Positions 13,131-25,000 of a stretch of DNA of 40,555 nt are shown in pieces. The first letter of the stretch is position 1, and each line of letters starts with the position of its first letter. The stretch comes from Moniliella sp. 'wahieum' (taxonomy: Eukaryota): positions 124,001 to 164,555 of the forward strand of contig RSEE01000129.1 in the NCBI GenBank assembly GCA_003971905.1, in the 5' to 3' direction. The position numbers were made by a program, and so were the translations under genes. The notes beneath the pieces are model-generated. The model saw only the letters and a list, made by a program, of their open reading frames with translations, had not been told where the DNA came from and did no database searches.

Positions 13131-14706
13131 GACACATTTGTCCGAGCGCCTCCCCCACCACCCAGGCTTGCGAGCAATGCTTCTCGTCCGCCCGACCTGG
13201 CTGGACAATGATGCTTTGCCTGGACAAATGCCGTGCCTGTTCGGGCAGTTCAGACTGAACTTGTTTGGACGGACACAGGTCCAGGGGCTTGTTGTTGGCT
13301 AAGGTGCTCTGGGCTACGATCCTACGATCCTACGATCCTATGCTATGTTCCCTTGCGCTGTGCTTGTTGCCAGCGAGTGTGCGCGAGGGGCAAGCGATTC
13401 GATTGTCACATGTCATGGACGTCTATTGAAGTCGTGTACAAAGTCCCCCTCCCCCCCCCTTCCCCCCCCCCCACGTCCCACTCATACATTCTATTTCGCC
13501 CATGTGCGCTTGTCCTACCGCCTTACCGTGCCCATCCCGCTGGGAGACACTGCTCCCTCCCACTTCCGTGCCCCCGACGTCCCCGGAGCACAGAACTCGG
13601 CATCCCGCCACTACCCACCCCACCGCGTCCCTGCTGTAGCTGCACTGCACTGGGTGCCCGGCACGATGGGCGCCTTGGTAGAGCATCCTCAGGGTGCGCT
13701 GGCACATGGGTTACTGGCGCTGCAGGGGGTACTAGGGTAGGTATAGGGTGACTCATATAGACGACCTTGGTAGCAGTGCAACGACGCACGTGGACACGAG
13801 GTCATAAGCGCCGGGGTTTTGGGAGCCCGAGGGCGCGGGGGATAGTGACCTGGGGGGGCTCAAGCAGTAAGTAGTATCTAAGTGGTATCCCCTTAGTAAG
13901 GCAAGCTCATGCTCAAGCTCAGGCTCAGGCTCAGGCCCAGCTTGGGAACCATTGAATGCTGTGGTGATGGCAAGGCCCTCGAGGGCGTGGGGGTTGTGCA
14001 CCCGCGCCCGAGCACCCAACAGCAGCATGGTGCAGGAGGACACTGGACTTTAGTATACTTAGACTGTATAGTGGGGTGAGGCATGTGGGTTACCAGGAGT
14101 ACTCTGACTGAGTACTGAGTTCAGTCTGTGTGGGGATGGAGCGGCGGGACGCCACACTGGAACGGATAGAAGGTGTAAGGTGTAGAAGTAGTAGATCCCG
14201 ACTACGGTATAGTGCGACAGGTGCCAAGGTACGACCGCAGGACTGAGGCTGGCGTGGGGTGGCGTGCAGGTTCCTGAGGTCGGCCTGAGGCTCAGGCCCG
14301 ACGCGGCAACATACTACCGTATGGTCTGGGCGTGGGGTCCACATGGGTCGTCTCGCATATAGAACTGAGTGTGCATAGCGACTGGAGGACCCGAAGCTGG
14401 TCCGAGGACACCCACAAGGATAAACCAACGAAGGTTGTCGAAAGAGGGCCAGAGGAACTACCATCGTAAAGCTAGCCAAGCTAAACTAAGCTACTAACCG
14501 ATTGCGCTGGGTCCAGAACCTGCCTCATCGAATCGCACCTACCCGCACCACTGCTTTTCTCTTTTCTCTGTGGAGATCCAACTGCACCTGGACGCCCGTG
14601 GGAACGCGCCGGCGCCTTGTGTACAAGGAAAAGATACGTTACCTTTTCCACCCGTTCTGCACAGAATGGATTCAATTCAATTCAAATTCCTCATTCCCAT
14701 TCCCAT

Positions 14707-17255
14707 TTACACTTCCACCGCCCACCGACTGGCCACCACCAGCGCCGCCTGGCGGCCGGACCAACGGGGAGGGAATGCGTTTGGGCACGCTGCAGTGCAG
14801 GAACCAGGGCGCGAGCCAGCGGTGTCGCGCGTCGGGCAACGACACGCCACTGTCCCCCCCAATCGTAGAGAGCTGCTCATCTTGGGAGAGGTCGTAGGCT
14901 CGGGCTCGGCCACGCCCGGTGGTATGAAGTAGCGCCAAACCAACGCGCACGCATTGGCGCGCACAGCGTCGGGACGCGGAAAGGGAGGCGGAGAAGGAGG
15001 TGCCAAGAGCGCCACAAGCGCATCTTGTCCTTCCTTCTGCGTCTCCGAGATGGAGAGGGCAAGGGCGACGGTACCTGCACCTCCGGGACGTAGGTGGGAC
15101 GCAACGAGAGTAAGGGCCAAAACGGTCTTCGGCTTCCAGTTGCGCATGCCGCGCTTTCTGGCCATCGATAAACAACTGTACAAGACAGTGTACGATGGTT
15201 TGCTGTCCCAGCTGAGCCTTGGCTTGGGCTATGGCTGTGGCCGGTCCCAAGGAGGACTTGTACCCCTTCCGCAGGGCTGGCAGTGGACGCGGCGCTGCGG
15301 TGGGCGGACGAAGCACGCTCCGCACCGTTGCTGCCACCGCCCGGGCTGACTGGAGTTTGGACCCGGTACGTCCGACCGGGCGGCCAGAGCGGCCAAGGAC
15401 CCAATCAGGCCCTTGAGCCACTTGGTTGCCGCCTGCCCATTGTCCTGGACCAGCATCTTGATCAGCCCAGCGGCCACTTGCTGCACGGGTCGCGCCAGGT
15501 CAAACTGGGTAGTGAGCAGGTGGCTCGCACTGGCCACAGTACCCGCTTGCACCAACTGGGAGCGTACATGGGCCAAAGGTGGTACCGCCATATTCTTCAG
15601 CAAGCCCAATGCGCCATGCGCGATTCGCAAGTCGGCCCCCGTTGGCCGCACCAGTCCCATCGGCTTGTCCAGCTCGTGCTCCGACTCGTGCTCGTTGGCT
15701 GGGTGTCGGAGGTTGGTTCGGAAGCGGCCAGTGTGGCCTGGAGCAAAGCGGCAGCACGAGTACCTACGCCCCGCTGTGCCAACGCTTCTACGTTCGTATC
15801 GCTTCGTGCTAGGTTGCCGAGCACAAGCAAGCCGAGCGCCGTCAAATCGGAACGGGGTACGAACGAGTCGGTCTTGGTGCCTTCAGGAGCGGATGGGGAG
15901 GATGGATAAGGATGCGGATGCGGATGCGGATGCGGATGGGGTTGAGGTTTGAGGTTGGGCTGCAGCGTCCAACCATGCATCCACACGCGCCAACAGTCCC
16001 GCCTGTCCAGCAAACAACCTTGCATCAACGCATCTTCTCCTGCCACAATTACCATCGTACGTCCGGCCGCACCCTTGGCAGTGGCATAAAGTTTACGCGC
16101 CCCATGCCTCGTCCTGGTTCTCGCTTTCACTTTCGTTGTCGTTGCCGTTTTCGTTGTCGCTCTCGTCCTCGCTCTCGCCCGCCTCGTCATCGTCCTTGTC
16201 CTTGACCTGATCCTTTCCTCCCGAAGGCGCGGTTGGACGGGGCCAGGCAGTGGGTGGCGAAGCGCGTTCAAGAAAGTGGACCAGGACCTGGAGGCCACAC
16301 GGTCCGTGCTGCAAGGGGGAGAGCATAGCAACGCGAACGGCGGTACTCTTGTCGGCGCCTTCTTCCAGTGCCTTGGTGGTATACGAAAGCAACTCGGCGT
16401 CCAAACTCATGTTGGCAGCATCGCCCTCGTCGTGGTCCTCGCCATGGGGCGAAACGGCAAGGAAAGCTTGCAAGACCGAGGTGGCCGCTTGGACCAAGGC
16501 CAGTCCCAACTCCTCCTTGGCCCCAACCGCCTGATCAGCCGCGTCGGCCTTGGCTTCTCCTTCGTCGGGCTCGGCCAGGGCAAGAGGCAAAAGGTCATTG
16601 AGCAACTGCCACGCCCAGACAGCCGCCATAGCCCCCGTCGAAGAGCCGGGGTGAGCGGGCAAGTGAATGCCAGCAGCCGGCTGGGCAGGGGGCGGGGAAG
16701 CAAGATGAAGCAAAGTGGTCAGCAGCCCGGTTGGGCCGCCATACGCTCCAAGAACGCCGCTCCACCATAGCCTACGTTGAGAAGTGCGGCCACCGCGGCC
16801 CGCACAGCCGTTAACACCGTCTCGCGTACCGCGGGGTCCGCCGCAAGTGGGAGGAGCGCAAGGAGCGCCGTCGTCGTTGCGCTGGCCACGTCGGCATCGA
16901 GAAGCGCGGTGCGGTTCGCGTCCGAGTCGGCGACAAAGTTGGCAGAGACACGGAACAGATGCGTCAGGGCAGACACAAGCGGAGGCAGGGCAGGTGGATC
17001 GGTGGGGGCAGAACCGGGGACAGAGATTTGCTGGGCGGCCTGGGTCAGGAGCGGGGCCACGGCCGAGGCGAGCGGGGTGGAGGCGGCGGCAGTGCGGGCG
17101 GCGGGCTGGCGCAAGAGGCTGGCCAAAGCATCGGCGGTGTGGGCGACGGCGGTCCAGGTGGGCGGGGTGTCGGGGGGGGAGGAGCAGAGGGCAGGGAGGA
17201 GGGTGTGGTGGGCGGCAGCAAGTGCGGCGGCGGCGGCGGCGGCGGGCTGGCCCAT
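14707..17255 (-). CDS. ARM-repeat protein, probably SmgGDS/RAP1GDS1-like GTP-GDP dissociation stimulator; frameshifted, 3' end uncertain
   Basis: Helical repeats LFRVSANFVADSDANR, LGLLVLGNLARSD, HGALGLLKNMAVP and DAVRANACALV across ORFs 16719-17255, 16093, 15597, 15229 and 14707, with an acidic insert. Family call rests on remembered motif resemblance. Confidence 0.65.
15909..15939 (+). repeat. (GGATGC)n hexanucleotide microsatellite inside the ARM gene
   Basis: ggatgcggatgcggatgcggatgcggatgg read directly. Confidence 0.85.
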
Positions 17256-18517
17256 GCTCGCGGTGGTGGGCGATGGCAGGTGGCAGGAGGAGCGGCGGGG
17301 CAGCCGGCAGGCTGGCTTGCAGCGTTGTGCGTTGTGCGTCGTGCTTCGTCTTCAAGTTGAAGCTTCAAGCTTCATGCGCCGCCCACAACCAACGGAGGAA
17401 ATGTGGCGCTGAAATGTTCAGGTGCGATGCGCCGCTGCTCTCCGAGATCCACGTCTTGTGTGCAATGGTTTGTCCCGCATCTGCTTCGCCCCGTCACCAG
17501 CTTCACGCTTCGCCTGCCTTACTTGGATGGCAAGGACAGAGCTTCCTCACATACCGTAGTCTATATGCAGTCTTCTGGATGGCGCCCCCAAACGTTCCTG
17601 AGAACACCACCACGGTGGGGGTAAGAGTAAGAAAGTGACGAGGGCCGGGGGCTATGACAGCGGATGGACCGTTGTTCCGGTTTGCGGCATTTCTGTATCA
17701 GGGCCATGCCGCATGTCCTTGAAATGATGGTTAGCGAGAGTGTTTCTCGGTGACTATACGTTCTGTTGCCACATTATACCATACTATGCGACGGACCCGT
17801 GTGCTTTCCTCCCGCTCACATGGTGTCCTTGTGGCACCGTTGGGGTCAGCCGCTGACAGGCGAAGCGGTCCGGATGGTGGGAATACTTAAGTATGATGTG
17901 GCTGTTTGTCTCCGTTTCTTATTCTTTATTTCCCACTGTCTCTATCATTATCTTTTCCCTCTTTTCCCTTTCCGTCGCCGTTTGCTGATGGGGAGTGATT
18001 GCAACAGGCTTAGCGCTTATTAGCAGTGGCCAGGTGGTACAAAAGGGCTCAGGGGGGTGGTGACTGTGGCCAATTCTGACAGGATGCCGGTATTTGAGAA
18101 CAACAAGCGCAAGAGACGGACGCACACACATCTTGCGTATCTCTCTTTCCTCACTTTTGCGTTTTAATGCCGCAATAAGCGGTTTCTCCCAATCCTCCCT
18201 CCCTTTTGCCGGCGTGATTCCAATCTATCCACCCACACTTCCTTGTCCGACACTCCCCTTTGGATACTGCATTTGTTGAGGCGCGCCTGTTGTGGGATAC
18301 TCATGCCGCATCTCTCTTCCCTTCCACACTTACTACCGCTGCGAACACCGCGAGCTCTCCTTACCAATGGCGCTCTGTGCGCGGTCGGCGGTCTGTGCGG
18401 TTACGTCACCTCACAATGCGGGGAAGCGTTCTCCGATCTTCGGAGGCATGGCTGCTCCATCGACTATTTCCATCCCCTCGGCTGAAAACTGGCCCCAACA
18501 GGAAAGGAAAAGCAGCA

Positions 18518-18579
18518 ACCCTAGCGCTGGCGGCCAGTCTGTACCCTAGCGCTGGCGGCCAGTCTGTACACTGGCGCTG
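18518..18579 (+). repeat. 25-bp tandem duplication (two perfect copies plus a partial one) upstream of homocitrate synthase
   Basis: ACCCTAGCGCTGGCGGCCAGTCTGT at 18518-18542 and 18543-18567, then ACACTGGCGCTG. Confidence 0.9.
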
Positions 18580-18901
18580 CGCCACCCGTGGGTTGGGCCC
18601 AGGGGGCGCACCCAGCCACGGAGATGGCCAGAGTGGCGCTGTGCTGGGCCGCCGGTGGGCCGCACCGTGACGGAGAAAACTTATCGCCCGAAAAGTTCAG
18701 CCAGCCAGCATCGCAGCGGTGTTGGATGCGAAGGTGCTCATCTCGGGTTGCTCCAGCCCCATTGAACAAACGACTCAGGCCATGGCTTGGAGCAGGCCAG
18801 CCACTGCCGCGTATTAATAAAGCTGTGGCCCAGCCCCTCGCCCCGACCGCCCTCACCACCACCACCCACCACCACCTCCATCCCCTCCTCCTCCCGCCAT
18901 C

Positions 18902-20311
<1,410 letters not shown>

Positions 20312-21167
20312 GAGAAAGCGCTTTTCGAGCCTCCCTGGCACATGCTGTCTTCCCCGCCCCCATTTAATCTTTCCCCCGCGCTTACACCATACTGAGCTCT
20401 GCTCGATCAAAAGTTGGAGCAAACTGGCTATGTCTTTTCGCCCTCTCCTCTCCCTCCCTCCATTCGTCGCCCCCCAACGATTGCGTGTATTTGTATCTCC
20501 TTCTCATCGATCCTGGCTGCTGCCGGCGTTGAAGCATTTGTGTCGCCTTGCCTCACACTATGCCATGCACCGATCCTACCCCAAATGAATCCTTCCAACT
20601 TGTCGACTTCAGTCCACTGTGCTTGTTTCTGGTAGTAGGAAAGAAAGTTTCTCGTGGGAAAAAAGCATCAATGCCTCGCCAGTTCACTCGAACAGCCATT
20701 TCAGTCACTACTCAGCAGCTCTTGTCATGCATGTCTCTGTGGATCGAGGATCCCTTTCAAGCCTCAGGCCTCACAGGCCCACACTTCACAGGTAATGCCA
20801 CGCTGCTGCCACGGATCTCTTCGACGTCGAATCCGAACATCGTTCCTATTCAACCTCTCACACCTGTTTTTCAGGTCCATCGTAGCACGCAGATGTATAT
20901 ATGCCTGCAGTACAAAATACTGATCAAAGCCACCGAAGAGACAGCGGGGGATGATCGATGACCATTGCTTCCAATCGCTCACAACATAGGGATCGGACAT
21001 ATAAGCGCTACGACGGAAGATGGGCATGGGGGATGCTGACAGGGCCAGCGGTTTTGGGACGAGGGCACATGCCATGCGAGCATAGGGACCACGCGAGATA
21101 TCCACGACAGAACGGTGCAAACTGCCCTGGGTTCCTCGAGACACGATACCGACGACGTCAAAGCAAC

Positions 21168-22172
21168 TTAGTTGGCCGCCTCGCGCTGAGCACGGCGCTG
21201 GTCGCGCTCCTCGGTGATGGTGAGCTTAATGCCACCGCCAGGGGAGGGAGATCAAGTGCTGACCGTCGTTGCCAGTGATGAAGATGTTGCCAATGCGGGT
21301 GGAGAACTCGCGGCCGATCGGGTCGGACATGGACAATGTCAAAGCCCCCGGGTGAGAGTCACGGCCAATGATCACGCCCACACGGCCCTGGTTACGGCCG
21401 CCAGTAGCCATGACCGAGGCGCCCTGTTGGAACTTGACAATCTCCTCCAGCTTGTTCTCAACCAAGTTGAACTTGATCGAGTCGCCGGCCTTAACGTCCG
21501 GGTCCGGTAGCGGATGGTGCGGCCGTCGTGGGTGACAATGTGGGGCACGCCGCGCGGGCCGAGCTCTGCACGCTTAACCTTGAGAGCTTGTAGGCAGCCT
21601 CCTCGGGGGCAATGCGGTGGACCACAAACCGGCCCTTAACGTCGTAGAGGATACGGAAGTACTCGCCCGACTTTTCAATGCTAATCACGTCCATAAAGCC
21701 CGTGGGGTAGGTAATGTCGGTGCGGACCTTGTTGTCAACCTTGATCAGGCGCTGCTGAACAATGGTGTTGACCTCGCGGCCGTTGAGCGCGTACTTCAAG
21801 CGGTTGCGCAGCAGCACCTAGACCCAACACCACAACAGCGTCAGTTGTGCGCCCAGCAGAAAGGGGGCAAAGGAGGGAGGTAGGCAGACAAGGCCAGAAG
21901 GAGACTCAGACAAGACATCGAAAGAAGGGTGTCGCCACAGAGGATCCGAAAGCCATGCATGATGTGTAGAATAGCATCATCGTCTCTTCAGGGCCAGTCT
22001 GCCTAGAAAGGGGCGCGGGGGGAGGAAAAACGTACCACCATCGGGAGGCTCTCACGGAGCTTGTGGGGCCGGGTGCTGGACGGGGGGCGTACACGCCGCC
22101 GCCGAGCTTGTCGAGCATCCAGCTCGAGGGGGCTGCGAGCCGCTTGAGGTGCTTACGGGGACCACGGACCAT
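21168..22172 (-). CDS. RPS4: 40S ribosomal protein S4 (eS4); intron 21818-22035
   Basis: [50 protein letters not shown] and [12 protein letters not shown]-terminus ...[12 protein letters not shown]. Intron GTACGT...CTGAC...TAG. Confidence 0.97.
21901..21986 (-). ncRNA. Candidate intronic box C/D snoRNA in the RPS4 intron
   Basis: Minus strand reads GAGAC-g-ATGATGC (C-box-like) ... CTGA (D box)-GTCTC. The terminal stem GAGAC/GTCTC flanks both boxes; length about 86 nt; it lies about 55 nt upstream of the branch point. Confidence 0.7.
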
Positions 22173-23271
22173 ATTGGGCAAACAGAAACTGACGCAGGGA
22201 CGGTGGCGGGTAGCGCAAGCGTCGAGCGGGTTGTCGGCAGCAAGCACCCACCTGGCTTGCTTGCTGGGCGCACAGTGCGCCAGGCCAGTCCGCCGGCACT
22301 AAGCAAGTAGGGTTGCAACAAAAGCTTCGCATGGCAGGAGGCGAGTGTGTGCAAGCGCTGCACACAGGCCTGGCAGGACATATGGGGGAGCAATTGCCGC
22401 TGCGTTGCGGCGCAATAACTCGTCATTAGGGTTGCATCCTTCTCTGGCCGACCCGTCCAGTTTCACATTTCAGCTTTTTGCAGTGCGCTGAAATACTGGA
22501 TGGGCTTTGTCCGCTCCGCGTGAGTAATTTTGGTTATTTGCTCTCTTGGGCACTACGCCAGCGCTGATGGCCCCGTGAGACGTGAGCGCGTGAGGCGTGC
22601 GTGAGGCCCATGTGGAGTGTGACGAGCAACAGGCCAAACTCGTTCAGTCTGGGCGTTAAATGTCCCTCTAGCTTTACAGAAAACGCTGAGGCTCAGGCAT
22701 ACTCAACCGAGCTGTCGTGACGCTTGCCCACTTTGCCCGTGGACCGCCAAAGTGCGTCAACCTTTCGCGCTCAGCCCGGCTCCGTGCCCTGCCCCCTCTA
22801 TTTTCCAAGCGGAGGCGCTATAACGGCAAATAGATGAATGCTACGGCGCTGATCCTGGGAAAACACTATACTACGTGACTTGACTGCCCAGAAAACATGC
22901 ATACTTAGTATAATATACACCCCTGTTGGTTGTTGCTTCCTCGATCGCTTTGCCCTCTTTGTTATTGAGTGTGTTCCGACACACTCTGTTGCAACCCCCA
23001 AAAGGGGCTATCCATCAGCCTGCGGTGTAGGTCCCGCGCCCCTAGGACGACAGGGTTGTGACACTATAGACCCCCAACAGCAACTACGGCAACAGTGTCC
23101 ACCAGCACGACTGCCCTTCTGCGCTGCTCAGACGCAGCCATCAACGATCAACGTTTAACGTTTAAACAGAGGGTGCGTCTCGCCGCGCACTCCCACACAG
23201 CACTGGCTACCCCCCCTCAGGCCTCCTATTGAATATTCAATCCCCCTTCTTCCCCCTCCTCCCCCCCTTCC

Positions 23272-23785
23272 ATGACCAAGCCAATCGGCATCGCTCTCCG
23301 CACGTCCTCCTCGTGCGTGCTGTCTGGGAGAACGATCAGGCGACAGTCATTCCCAACGACCAGGGCAACCTCAAAACTCCCACTTCTGTCGCCATCGACG
23401 AATGGCCGCGTCATCAATGAAGTGATGAGAGACCGCTCACCCCATCGACATTACCCGCCACAACACAGTGTTTGGCACCGCTCGCGGATTCGGCGATGAG
23501 GTGGTCCAGTCGGACATGCAGCAGTGGCCCTTCTAAGTGATTGACGTCGACGGCGAGCCCATGGACGAAGCCGAGTTCAAGGGCCAGGCCAAGAAGTTCA
23601 CCCCCCAGCAGATCTCAGCCATGGTGTTGGTCAGATGCGCAAGACGGCGGAAGCGTACGTTGGCGAGCGAGTAGAGGACGCCGTGGTGACCATGCCTGCC
23701 TATTTCGGCCCTCGCAACGTCAGGCGATCACCCACGCTGGCACGATGGCTCGCCTCCGCACCTCGCGCATCATTGACGAGCACAG
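23272..23785 (+). pseudogene. Degenerate 5' fragment of a cytosolic Hsp70 (SSA-type)
   Basis: MTKPIGIALRTSSSCV / VWENDQATVIPNDQGNLKTPTSVA resembles GIDLGTTYSCV..NDQGNRTTPSYVA. Then VVQSDMQQWPF*VIDVDG with an in-frame TAA, EFKGQAKKFTPQQISAMVL, MRKTAEAYVGERVEDAVVTMPAYF and SQRQAITHAG..RIIDE. Conserved residues are lost and homology stops after about 170 codons. Confidence 0.88.
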
Positions 23786-23896
23786 ATCGCCCGCCCTCTG
23801 GTGCTTCCCTCAGATAGACAGCTGGACCCTTGTCGTCCCATAGTAGTCATTGTACAGCGAGATCGCCTGCGCTCTGGTGCCTCCCTCAGACAGTCA
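23784..23896 (+). repeat. Imperfect about 37-bp direct repeat at the Hsp70 truncation point
   Basis: agatcgcccgccctctggtgcttccctcagatagaca (23784-23820) versus agatcgcctgcgctctggtgcctccctcagacagtca (23860-23896). Confidence 0.8.
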
Positions 23897-24227
23897 TGTT
23901 CGCTTGTGCTCATGCGTGTGTTAGTCATGTATAGCCGACCCGGCCTGGAAGCCAGATGTGGAGATGGAGGGTTGTTCAATCAGAGGAGAGTCCTGAGCGG
24001 ATTGGTTGATAGAGGCGAGAGAGAGACAGAGACGATTACAGAGTGGTTTCGTGAGCTAGCCATGTGACCATGTAATCTGTCACGTGATCAGGTTGACACA
24101 TTGCTGCATGATGTTTGTTCGGCAAAAGTCATGTTTCTGTGCACTTCCCATGCCCAAAGCCCCCTCTTTCCCAACGTCCGAAACGGGATCATCGATCATG
24201 ACGGTCACGACCCTGGGTTCTCACTGG

Positions 24228-25000
24228 CTACAAGAGTAGCAAACTGGGATCGTGGGCGTTGACAATCCGCACATCCGGATTACGGCCAAGAAGAGCTCGG
24301 AGAGGCGATGCTGGTTGGAGCGAAGCAGCGCACGGTCGTGAGCAAATGCAGTTTCTTGAATGCGCAAAGACAGTGGAACCTTAGAGACGCGGTCAAGTGT
24401 GCCATGGTGGTAAAACGCGTCTCCGGCATGAAGAATCCAACAACCGTTGTCGCCACGTACCGCGACTGCGGCGTGGCCACGACTGTGGCCAGCTAACGGG
24501 ATCAACAGAATGTCCGGATCAACGTCGGATAACACTGTCACCCCTGAAAAGCCGTGCCACGCGCTTGATCCGGGCGGGTGAATAACAAACTGGGGCTTGT
24601 GGGACCACTGCTCAGAGGCGTAACGCATCCCCTCCCACCACGAAGGATGCTCAAATGCACCCACAGCTTCGTCGGCCGTCACATGAACCTTGGCTTGTGG
24701 AAAGTCGGCGATTCCACCGGCGTGGTCGCCATCGAGATGAGTGAGCACAATGTGCCGCACATTTTGAGGATGGAGGCCAAGTTGCTCAATTTGTCGGTAG
24801 GCGCTCTCGGATTCTTTCACTGCAGGCTGGATCACAAAGCGGTAAGGCCCAAAAGCGCGGGCCGAGTTATTTGCGTCTTGGAGACCCAGCCCTGCATCGA
24901 CGAGGACCAACCCATTTTGGGTTTCCAAGAGAAGGACATGAGAAACCAAGTGGGTGCCAAACAGCTTCATGCTGCCGCAATTGAGGTGATGGATCCGCAT
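24228..25000 (-). CDS. Metallo-beta-lactamase-fold hydrolase, bacterial-like, intronless; one frameshift near the C-terminus
   Basis: MRIHHLNCGSM, LVLVDAGLG, metal motif THLDGDHAGG, GHSRGH and LHAGDAFYH. An alternate frame near 24280 restores PDVRIVNAHDP (last His ligand), ending at TAG 24228. Confidence 0.9.

Noticed and set aside
13690..14100. Telomerase RNA candidate suggested by TAGGG/TAACCC-like words
   Set aside because: I found no 1.5-repeat template such as TAACCCTAA and no supportable pseudoknot.
18518..18579. CRISPR-like repeat
   Set aside because: The copies abut with no spacers, there are no cas genes and the context is eukaryotic.
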